DNA of 64,000 bases from a candidate division WOR-3 bacterium (lineage in GTDB: Bacteria; Hydrothermota; Tepidihabitantia; SM23-42): positions 132,989 to 196,988 of the forward strand of contig CP070802.1 in the NCBI GenBank assembly GCA_020343595.1, read 5' to 3'. Below, piece by piece: positions 57,010 through 64,000 of this stretch. The translations under genes and the position numbers were made by a program. The notes under the pieces are model-generated. The model was not told where the DNA came from. It did no database searches and saw only the letters and a program-made list of their open reading frames with translations. The stretch's first letter is position 1. Each line of letters begins with the position of its first letter.

Positions 57010-57699
57010 CTACATCAGTATCCCCATCACATCAGCAGTAAGGAGTATCAAATAGTGTAAAATTATACAAGGCAAAAAACTGCGTGCCCGCAGAGCGATC
57101 AGCCCCAGGAACACACCTGCAATAACCGCGCCGTAAGCTTCGAGTTGCGGTTTTCTAAAGTGCGCTAAACCGAAGGCAATCGCCTGCACAAGTACACTCA
57201 TGCGGCCGAAACTCCGCTCCATTCCGAAAAGCATGAAACCCCTGAAGAAAAACTCCCAGCCTATCATGTACCAGAGCTGAATCATCTGGTATAAGAAGAA
57301 ATACTCCATGCCTTGCGTTGCCTTACGATAAAGAGGGTAGATGTTCTTGAGGTTTGTAAATTTAAAGGCGATGAAGAGAATGACGAGGAATATCAGATAG
57401 AAGAAAACAACATCCTTGAGCCATACTTTCGGGTTGCCCAAGGCAATACCGTAATCTCTTGGCGTCCGCCTGAAAGCAAGGAGAATAACAAAAGGGGAGA
57501 TCCCGTAGAGCGTACCCACAACGAGCAGCCTCTCCATAAATACATCCCTTGGAAGAATGAAATGGGTACGCCGCATGAACATGGCATAAAGCAGTATCGT
57601 CGTGGAATAAACTGCTATGACCAGCACCTCGCGGTCAATATTCTTCAATTCCTTCGCATAATTCCTGATCACCTGCAGCATGGATTCATTATACACCAC
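57010..57699 (-). CDS. CPBP family (CAAX protease-like) intramembrane metalloprotease
   Basis: Multi-TM protein with WEFFFRGFM (EExxxR-like), FGLAHF (FxxxH) and ILHYLILLTAD motifs. Confidence 0.65.
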   Translation of the reverse strand: MVYNESMLQVIRNYAKELKNIDREVLVIAVYSTTILLYAMFMRRTHFILPRDVFMERLLVVGTLYGISPFVILLAFRRTPRDYGIALGNPKVWLKDVVFFYLIFLVILFIAFKFTNLKNIYPLYRKATQGMEYFFLYQMIQLWYMIGWEFFFRGFMLFGMERSFGRMSVLVQAIAFGLAHFRKPQLEAYGAVIAGVFLGLIALRARSFLPCIILHYLILLTADVMGILM

Positions 57700-57774
57700 T
57701 CACTACAAGAATCAAGGTGCCTCGGTGAGAACATGATCAACCGGTAGGGTAAAACCAAATTGGTAACGTCCCAC

Positions 57775-57987
57775 GGTTACGAGGCCCGTATCGGCTGAAA
57801 AGGTTACGTCCCACGTTACGAAACCGAATGACAGTTCCTGCAAATTCCAAATCACAAACAACAAATACCAAATAAATCCCAATATCCAAATAACAAAACA
57901 CAAAATAGAAAAACGTTGCATGCTGTTCCGATATTTGGAATTTCATCGAAAATGTACCGCTTTTCGAAACCGAACAACGATGTTCTC
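57775..57987. repeat. Intergenic repeat copy B (54-nt segment, A-tract block, 34-nt segment)
   Basis: See copy A. This copy contains a ccaaat-rich phased A-tract block at 57841-57912 between the two shared segments. Confidence 0.6.
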
Positions 57988-58173
57988 GGCCGCACGTATG
58001 GTTCTTGGTTGTACGTTTTACGGTTCCAAATCCAGCGACAATACGGACAGCAGAAACGCCTTTCCGTAGTGTCCCACGAATACGATTTACGAGCACGAAA
58101 TACGTTTATCGTGCATAGTCCCTTGATTTCTGCTCTCTTTTGTCTACAATTTCGCGTGAAGGTAGTATTGATA

Positions 58174-58527
58174 ATGTTTATACTGACACAAGCACCCCAC
58201 GAAACAAATCCTGTAAAGATCGTCACAGATGCGTGCCTGAATTTGTATCAAACAATGATCTCCCCCTCTCAGGGTGATGTCTGCAACTTCTCGCCTTCGT
58301 GCTCGCACTTCGCCCGCCAGTCGATCGAGAACCACGGCATCTTCTGGGGTTCGCTCATGGCTTCTGACCGGCTGCTCCGCTGTAACCCTTGGGTTCATCA
58401 ATCTTTTGACAAATACTATGTAGGAATCAAAGATCGCAAATTCTACGACCCGATCGAAGATAACTTCGTGCTTGGACCGATCCAGAGACACCTACGCAAA
58501 GATACAGCAGCACGGATACGATACTGA
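58174..58527 (+). CDS. yidD: Membrane protein insertion efficiency factor YidD
   Basis: MISPSQGDVCNFSPSCSHFARQSIENHG...RLLRCNPW is the YidD/DUF37 signature. The start was trimmed to the ATG at 58174. Confidence 0.7.
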   Translation: MFILTQAPHETNPVKIVTDACLNLYQTMISPSQGDVCNFSPSCSHFARQSIENHGIFWGSLMASDRLLRCNPWVHQSFDKYYVGIKDRKFYDPIEDNFVLGPIQRHLRKDTAARIRY

Positions 58528-58543
58528 AAAACGATCAGGAGTC

Positions 58544-59263
58544 ATGGTAATCTTACTATTCATTATTATCGGACAGGGAGAACTGTTTGAAACCGGTAAC
58601 ATCCAGAAGTTTGCCGATTATCTCTACAGCCGGGAAGATTACGCAGCTGCGCTGGCAGAATACCGCAGATATCAATTTCTCAGCGATTCAGTAGAAGAAT
58701 ATGTCCACGAAAGGATCATTGACTGTCTGACACGCTTGGAGAGATACGACGAAGCGATCGTCGCTGCAGATAATTTGACCGATATTAATAAACGTAATTT
58801 AACAATCGGGTTGGTTTATTTCACATCCGGAGCCATGGACTCTTCGCGTATGTATCTCCAAAGAGTTGATATTCCTTACGACACTGATGCCCGAAGGCTC
58901 ATCGGCCTGGGGTATGCGTACGAATTTGATTTCGGTCAGGCCGCTACTTATATCCAACTCCCCGAGAGCCCGCCTTCCTATAAGCAGCCAGCACTTGGTG
59001 CTCTTTTTTCGGTCGTCCCGGGTGGCGGTCACTTTTATACCGGCCGAATTGGTGATGGAATCTATTCCTTCCTGGTCGTCGGTACTGCTGCATTACTTTC
59101 ATATTACTACTATGACAGGGATGAAAAAGTCAAATTCGGCTTGTCGCTCAGCGCTGCAATACTTTTCTACGCCGGCAATATCTACGGCGGGATCAATTCA
59201 GTGCGTAACTACAACTACCATGAAAATGAAAAATATCTGCAGCGGATAGTCATCAACGAATAA
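58544..59263 (+). CDS. Hypothetical membrane protein (TPR-like N-region; C-terminal VVPGGGHFYTG motif + TM), paralog 1
   Basis: Start ATG 58544 after CAGGAG. The C-terminal 2-TM region carries a PGxGxxYxG motif. Confidence 0.45.
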   Translation: MVILLFIIIGQGELFETGNIQKFADYLYSREDYAAALAEYRRYQFLSDSVEEYVHERIIDCLTRLERYDEAIVAADNLTDINKRNLTIGLVYFTSGAMDSSRMYLQRVDIPYDTDARRLIGLGYAYEFDFGQAATYIQLPESPPSYKQPALGALFSVVPGGGHFYTGRIGDGIYSFLVVGTAALLSYYYYDRDEKVKFGLSLSAAILFYAGNIYGGINSVRNYNYHENEKYLQRIVINE

Positions 59264-59275
59264 CTCTGTTCTGCA

Positions 59276-60034
59276 ATGATGTTCCTTTTACTAACACTGC
59301 TTTCTCAACTTTCTCTGGCCGATTCCCTTTTTGCGCACGGTTGTCACGATGCTGCGCGTATCGAGTATCTGAGGTGTTTTTTCTTCTACCCTGAACTGAA
59401 GCAGGAACTGAACCCGAGGTTGAAGTACGCGATATCCCTCTTTGCCAGCGATAAAATAAGTGGCATCGAAGAACTGTACGGAGTCGTCAATGATTTCCCG
59501 GAGATACCAGATAGCGTTCGAGCAGCGATCGCTATGAAGTATATGGCAGCCGGCCGGTATTATCTGGCGATAAATCTGCTCGAAAACGAAGAAGAAAACG
59601 CTCTGCTTGGAATTGCATATCTCCGTGACAACCAGTTCATCAATGCACGAAATGTTTTCCTCCGGAACGGAGATTATGAAACGGCGGCAAGGATCGAGGA
59701 ATACCTGCAGCAACCTATAAAGTCAGAAAAAACCGCTCTCCTGCTTTCGCTCTTCTTACCCGGCTCAGGCCAAATCTATGCTGGCAATTTCCGTCAGGGA
59801 CTAATGGATTTTCTTGTCAACCTGGGCTCTGGATATCTCTTTTATAATGCTCTAAAGCAACAAAAATACGTCGATGCGAGTCTGATCTTCTTCTTCCTCA
59901 TCAACCGGTTCTACCTCGGCTCCCTGAATAACGCCCAGAAATCAGCCATCGAACACAATGAGAAGCAGCGGATAGAATGGTTGCAAGCCTTTTTACGGGC
60001 ATATTACGACAGCATCGACCCTGCAATTGATTGA
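59276..60034 (+). CDS. Hypothetical membrane protein paralog 2 (LPGSGQIYAG motif)
   Basis: Same architecture as the upstream paralog, duplicated in tandem. Confidence 0.45.
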   Translation: MMFLLLTLLSQLSLADSLFAHGCHDAARIEYLRCFFFYPELKQELNPRLKYAISLFASDKISGIEELYGVVNDFPEIPDSVRAAIAMKYMAAGRYYLAINLLENEEENALLGIAYLRDNQFINARNVFLRNGDYETAARIEEYLQQPIKSEKTALLLSLFLPGSGQIYAGNFRQGLMDFLVNLGSGYLFYNALKQQKYVDASLIFFFLINRFYLGSLNNAQKSAIEHNEKQRIEWLQAFLRAYYDSIDPAID

Positions 60035-60123
60035 AAAACTGACACAATTACCAATTCATACTTTACATACCATCATTGTAATCAGGTATTCTATCGTTGT
60101 AATCATCCAGCGAAGCTGGAGTC

Positions 60124-60151
60124 TTGACAAAAACTGAGTAGTGTATATAAT
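60124..60151 (+). promoter_or_regulatory. Sigma70 promoter TTGACA-N16-TATAAT upstream of tRNA-Ile
   Basis: ttgaca at 60124-60129 and tataat at 60146-60151. Confidence 0.5.
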
Positions 60152-60208
60152 GGGCAAATTGGCATTTGCTCGGATTTTGGAGTATAAATCTATGTTTCGC
60201 GGGCAAAC

Positions 60209-60282
<74 letters not shown>

Positions 60283-60418
60283 TGACCGGACCATTAGAAA
60301 GTTTGTTTCTGTTTTCTATATCCGGCACAAAGGAGTTGCATCCATTACGGTGCAACTTAAGAATACATGGTAGGGGCAGTAGATTTTGCCCTTGGTAGTG
60401 TTAGAAAAAGGAGGAATT

Positions 60419-60694
60419 ATGATTAGGATAGCAACACTACTGGTAATAGTTGCCTGCCTGACAGTGATCGGTTGCCAACCTCCAGAAGGTATGGCAGGTC
60501 CGACAAAAGAGGAATTCGACGCTCTGAAGATGCAGGTTGAGGAACTGCAGACAAATGTTGCAGATATGCAGGCTGCAATGGACTCTTTCATCGAGCAATA
60601 CAATATGCATATTGAAAAACACCACAAAGGCGGCGCAACAGTAACCAAACCAACCACACCAAGCGGTGGTGTTAAACCCCCGACCCAAAAGTAA
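60419..60694 (+). CDS. Small lipoprotein (lipobox LTVIGC) with coiled-coil segment
   Basis: Start ATG 60419 after AAAAGGAGG. Confidence 0.5.
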   Translation: MIRIATLLVIVACLTVIGCQPPEGMAGPTKEEFDALKMQVEELQTNVADMQAAMDSFIEQYNMHIEKHHKGGATVTKPTTPSGGVKPPTQK

Positions 60695-60703
60695 GGAGGA
60701 GAT

Positions 60704-61489
60704 ATGAAAAAGCTGATAGGCATTACTCTTGCGGTGTCGGCACTTCTGATTCTCGTCGGCTGCGAAGGTGAAGGAGATGGACTAGTAGCTCCAGACGTGA
60801 CATATACTGTAACCGACGACGGCGCAACCCTCGCGCTGGAGTGGAATGCAGTAGATGGTGCTGACGGCTATTACATATATGCAGACGGCATCCTGATCGA
60901 CTCGACCACAGGATTATTCTACGATGCGACGGTACCCGCAGGGTTCTACGGTGTCGCGGCGTATGCTGGCGATGAAGAAAGTGCCACCGACGAGGTAGAT
61001 TGTACGCCGGTCGAAACAGCCAGCATTACTGTTTACGGCAATAGTGACCCAGCTCCGGATCATCCGAGTGGCATCGGCTTTACAGCAGCCGGAGCCTGTG
61101 TGACCCTGGCTCTCAGCGAACAGACTAATTGGCCAGACATCGATTTCTATTTTGACGATGCTAACTTCGCGCAGTTGACTATCGTCTCTCCAGGCGACCA
61201 TGTACCGCCCTATAACGATGAAGAGAACGCGACGGCCGCCAGCGGCACTGATTACGATGCCCTCGAAATCGCTGCCGGTATGGGCAATTATATCACGCAA
61301 AGAACATTGGCAGAAAATGCCGTTCTGTCCTTCTGGATCGACCCGGATGGAGACGGCTGGGGTGATGCAAACGACCACTTCGGCAAAATGAAGATCGTGA
61401 GCATAACCGGTGCTGCGGCACCTTACACTGCCGTGATCGATTGTGCTTATCAACCAATTGCCGGTCTGCGTTGGGTAGTCACGCAATAG
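60704..61489 (+). CDS. Surface lipoprotein, GCEGEGDG family, paralog 1
   Basis: Signal peptide and lipobox LILVGC, followed by EGEGDG. Acidic, Asp/Gly-rich, with DPDGDGWGD calcium-binding-like motifs. RBS AAGGAGGAG. Confidence 0.55.
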   Translation: MKKLIGITLAVSALLILVGCEGEGDGLVAPDVTYTVTDDGATLALEWNAVDGADGYYIYADGILIDSTTGLFYDATVPAGFYGVAAYAGDEESATDEVDCTPVETASITVYGNSDPAPDHPSGIGFTAAGACVTLALSEQTNWPDIDFYFDDANFAQLTIVSPGDHVPPYNDEENATAASGTDYDALEIAAGMGNYITQRTLAENAVLSFWIDPDGDGWGDANDHFGKMKIVSITGAAAPYTAVIDCAYQPIAGLRWVVTQ

Positions 61490-61510
61490 TACAAATCCTT
61501 TTGGAGAAAA

Positions 61511-61539
61511 GGGCGGGCAATGCCCGCCCTTTTTGTTTG
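61511..61539 (+). terminator. Rho-independent terminator (gggcgggc-aat-gcccgccc then TTTTT)
   Basis: 8-bp GC stem with a 3-nt loop and a T-run. Confidence 0.75.
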
Positions 61540-61549
61540 CACGTGTCAT

Positions 61550-61677
61550 GGGATCAGATCTTGACTATTGACAAATCCCACCACCAATCCAATATGCTAC
61601 TGCTGATTGAATCAACAAACAACCAAAGAAACAATCCGTGCATCACAAGCAATTGTCAATAGTCAAGATCTGACCCC
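61550..61677. repeat. Palindromic element copy 2: 25-bp inverted repeats (GGGATCAGATCTTGACTATTGACAA ... TTGTCAATAGTCAAGATCTGACCCC; 1 mismatch) flanking an unrelated 78-bp core
   Basis: IR-L at 61550-61574 and IR-R at 61653-61677. Its ends match copy 1 (23362-23485) at 24 of 25 positions. Confidence 0.7.
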
Positions 61678-61801
61678 AGTATCGATTTAGCCAACAACAT
61701 CGGCCAAATTTGCTGATAGAATAAACACGTCGCAGGTCACTCCGTTGACTTCAACCCCAATTACATATATAATTTACGCGAAGAAGAACAGAGGAGGCAT
61801 T

Positions 61802-62650
61802 GTGAAGCAATTTCTTAGATTATTAGCCGTTAACATAGTCACTGTTGCCATCGCCATATTGTCAGGATGCGAAGGTGAGGGTGATGGTAGCGCACCGCAG
61901 AATCTCGTGCTCGGTGGCACCAACTACGGCCAGGAAGTACTGCTTTCCTGGGAAGAATCGTCCGGAGGTCCGCCCGGCAATTACTTGATCTACTTCCGGC
62001 AGATTGACACGACGGATTTCGTCCTCGGTGCGACGATCAGCGGCGATACGCTGGAATATACCCATGATCCTCAAGGCATGACCGGAGACTACTATGTTGC
62101 CGCAAGATTCGGTGGTACTGAATACAGCTCAGATACCCTCACAACCATCCCCGTGCATACTGATATAGCGCAACTTTCGGAATTGAACGCAGCCGGAGAA
62201 TCAGGATACGGGTGGGCTCTCGCTGGAGATTTCAGCGGCAGTGTCTATGCCATGACCAATGCTTCAAATGCTCCGCTTGTTGATTTTTACGTCACTAACT
62301 TCGCGAACGATTCCGTGAGCGGACCATGGCCTGCTCCTTGGTATATTGCGAGCCCGGACACCGCGGTTGATGATCCAGGCGGCACGTCGGTTCCGCAGGC
62401 TGACTGGCGCGCGACCTGGTTTTCAGACCCGCTGCTCGACCCGCAGGCAATACTGCCTAATTTTGGGCCGACCACCTATTTTGAGTACATGAGTGGCATA
62501 CAGGCCGATACAATATATATTGGCGTATACCTGGAAGCAGAACAGCATTATGCCTTGGCTAAATTCTTTGGTGCGGACACAACGACCGGCACGATGCAGG
62601 TTGAAACCTGGTTCCAGAGCGTGCCGGATCTGCGTCTCTTAGCCCATTAA
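61802..62650 (+). CDS. Surface lipoprotein, GCEGEGDG family, paralog 2
   Basis: GTG start 61802, 5 nt after GAGGAGG. Lipobox ILSGC followed by EGEGDG. A TTGACT-N17-TATAAT promoter sits at 61745-61773. Confidence 0.5.
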   Translation: MKQFLRLLAVNIVTVAIAILSGCEGEGDGSAPQNLVLGGTNYGQEVLLSWEESSGGPPGNYLIYFRQIDTTDFVLGATISGDTLEYTHDPQGMTGDYYVAARFGGTEYSSDTLTTIPVHTDIAQLSELNAAGESGYGWALAGDFSGSVYAMTNASNAPLVDFYVTNFANDSVSGPWPAPWYIASPDTAVDDPGGTSVPQADWRATWFSDPLLDPQAILPNFGPTTYFEYMSGIQADTIYIGVYLEAEQHYALAKFFGADTTTGTMQVETWFQSVPDLRLLAH

Positions 62651-62702
62651 CCGGCAATGGGATCACCCATTATCCATGTATAATAGCATCTCAGGAGGTT
62701 TC

Positions 62703-63314
62703 ATGAAAAGAGTGATATTCTTGATGTTCACGGTATTAGTGTTTTCATATGCACAGTGTTTGTCGGCACCAATAAGCACGCGGGTGGGCGTAAAATTCGG
62801 ATTCAACCCGGGAACATATAACCTTGATGACGGACTCGATGAATTCAAGGGGACGGGTGTACACTTCGGTTTTGGAATGGGAACTGATATCCTGAACTTG
62901 ATAGCCATCGATATGGGGGCACAGTTCAGAACCACGAGTTACAGCCGTGAGGTTTTATCGGTCAAACACACTATTTCCTATAGTAATCTCTATTTTCCCT
63001 TCTTTCTTTCGCTAAAAGCAGGTATGCTACCATTGATTTCTCCTTATATTGGCGCCGGACTTGGGCTCAACGTGCAGTTCAACGGGACGAGCAGCCTCGA
63101 GTCTAACGGTCTCGTCGTAGAGACGCCGATCGAAGGCTCTAACACTAATTTCTTCTTGATACTCGGAATCGGTGCCGAAGTAAAACTACTGAAATTCAGA
63201 ATAATGCCTGAATTCACGGCTAATATCAATGCCCAGGCCGATGATGAAGCAACCGAAGCGACCGAAGAGAACGTTGACTATCATATTTCGGTAGGTTTTT
63301 ATTACGCACCTTAA
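62703..63314 (+). CDS. Outer membrane beta-barrel protein (OmpW/OmpA-like small porin family)
   Basis: Signal peptide, alternating beta-strands, and a C-terminal ...VGFYYAP with aromatic terminus. Start ATG 62703 after CAGGAGG. Confidence 0.55.
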   Translation: MKRVIFLMFTVLVFSYAQCLSAPISTRVGVKFGFNPGTYNLDDGLDEFKGTGVHFGFGMGTDILNLIAIDMGAQFRTTSYSREVLSVKHTISYSNLYFPFFLSLKAGMLPLISPYIGAGLGLNVQFNGTSSLESNGLVVETPIEGSNTNFFLILGIGAEVKLLKFRIMPEFTANINAQADDEATEATEENVDYHISVGFYYAP

Positions 63315-63322
63315 GCTTATAG

Positions 63323-64000
63323 ATGCACGAATACGGCATTGACATTGGCTCGGTAAGTATCAAACTCGCCGAATTTACCGATGGCCATCTCGTTAAGACC
63401 CGGTACATAAAACACCACGGGCAGCCATACAATCTGCTGCTCAATATCTTAAAGTCTGCAGAAGAGATCGACCGGCTCGTCATGACCGGCAGCCTCGTTC
63501 TGCCCCTCACCGATCTGCTCCGCGCAGTTCGTATCAACGAGGTTGAAGCGACTGCAGCCGCAGTCATGCACTTCCATCCTGATGTGAGATCGATCATCGA
63601 AATCGGCGGCGAAGATTCCAAACTGATCAATGTCAACGGCGGAATACGGGATTTCGCATCAAATACCATATGTGCCGCCGGGACCGGTATTTTCCTTGAC
63701 CAGCAGGCACGCAGGTTGCGCTACGACATAAACGATCTGGGGGATGTCGCATTAAGGGCGCAGAAGCCCGCCCGCATCGCTGGCCGCTGTTCGGTCTTTG
63801 CCAAGAGCGACATGATCCATTTACAGCAGATCGGCACCAAACCGGACGACCTGATTGCCGGCCTGTGTCTTGCCCTGGCCCGGAATTTCAAGAGTGTGAT
63901 CGCCAAAGGACGAAGGATTGAAACGCCTGTGGCATTTGTCGGCGGTGTCGCCGCAAACAATGGTATGATCAAGGCATTCCACGATACACTCGAAATCTCG
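63323..64000 (+). CDS. BadF/BadG/BcrA/BcrD-type ATPase (CoA-substrate-specific enzyme activase), 3'-truncated by window end
   Basis: Not in the tool track (no stop in window). Translation MHEYGIDIGSVSIKLAEF... has the acetate/sugar-kinase-fold N-terminus typical of this family and ...CAAGTGIFLDQQ... Confidence 0.55.
   Translation, partial: MHEYGIDIGSVSIKLAEFTDGHLVKTRYIKHHGQPYNLLLNILKSAEEIDRLVMTGSLVLPLTDLLRAVRINEVEATAAAVMHFHPDVRSIIEIGGEDSKLINVNGGIRDFASNTICAAGTGIFLDQQARRLRYDINDLGDVALRAQKPARIAGRCSVFAKSDMIHLQQIGTKPDDLIAGLCLALARNFKSVIAKGRRIETPVAFVGGVAANNGMIKAFHDTLEIS

Noticed and set aside
56849-57055. 68-aa plus-strand ORF
   Set aside because: It lies inside the duplicated intergenic repeat (GGTTACG/ACGTTACG segments) and has no RBS. 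Its product is low-complexity.

Overview
This 64-kb window is mostly housekeeping genes from a diderm bacterium, with at least 16 consensus-like sigma70 promoters (TTGACA-N16/17-TATAAT), several of them only 4-10 nt upstream of a start codon, implying leaderless transcripts. Lineage is unknown; the sequence is about 50% GC, plausibly an uncultured or candidate-phylum genome. Conserved blocks in the window:

- ruvX-mltG
- uppP, an S9 peptidase and a flavodoxin
- tdh ... kbl threonine catabolism genes, with an embedded acpS / AMP-ligase / carrier-protein trio
- tgt, split by an A9 homopolymer frameshift
- pilMNOPQ
- rsmD-coaD
- obg-dprA
- ahcY-metK
- pilD, miaA, cmk
- thrS-infC-rpmI-rplT-pheS-pheT
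- zapB-like/zapA, a candidate 6S RNA, and rny
- yidD
- a standalone tRNA-Ile(GAU)

Features that do not look like ordinary housekeeping:

1. Two tandem, translationally coupled paralogous proteins of about 800 aa each have degenerate class III nucleotidyl-cyclase (CHD) domains. They are followed by a receiver-domain gene, all embedded in the ruvX-mltG operon. This looks like a heterodimeric cyclase signalling module.
2. A single 840-aa polypeptide fuses an intact Hanks-type Ser/Thr kinase domain to a complete UvrD/PcrA-type SF1 helicase. It is translationally coupled to an upstream 289-aa protein of unknown function. This is my best candidate for an undescribed system.
3. Two copies of a 25-bp perfect inverted-repeat pair (GGGGTYAGATCTTGACTATTGACAA) flank unrelated ~75-bp cores. 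This fits a MITE-like or palindromic element; each copy has a small minus-strand ORF ending inside the repeat.
4. A 39-aa peptide that is almost entirely Lys has a perfect promoter, ribosome-binding site and terminator.
5. Tandem duplicated TonB-dependent-receptor-like outer-membrane proteins carry a dockerin/EF-hand-like DxNxDGxI loop, followed by tandem small lipoproteins.
6. A CPBP protease gene is bracketed by duplicated ~55-nt and ~34-nt intergenic segments, and several promoters sit downstream of phased A/T-tract (curved DNA) blocks.

No CRISPR arrays, rRNA genes or obvious transposases or integrases were seen.
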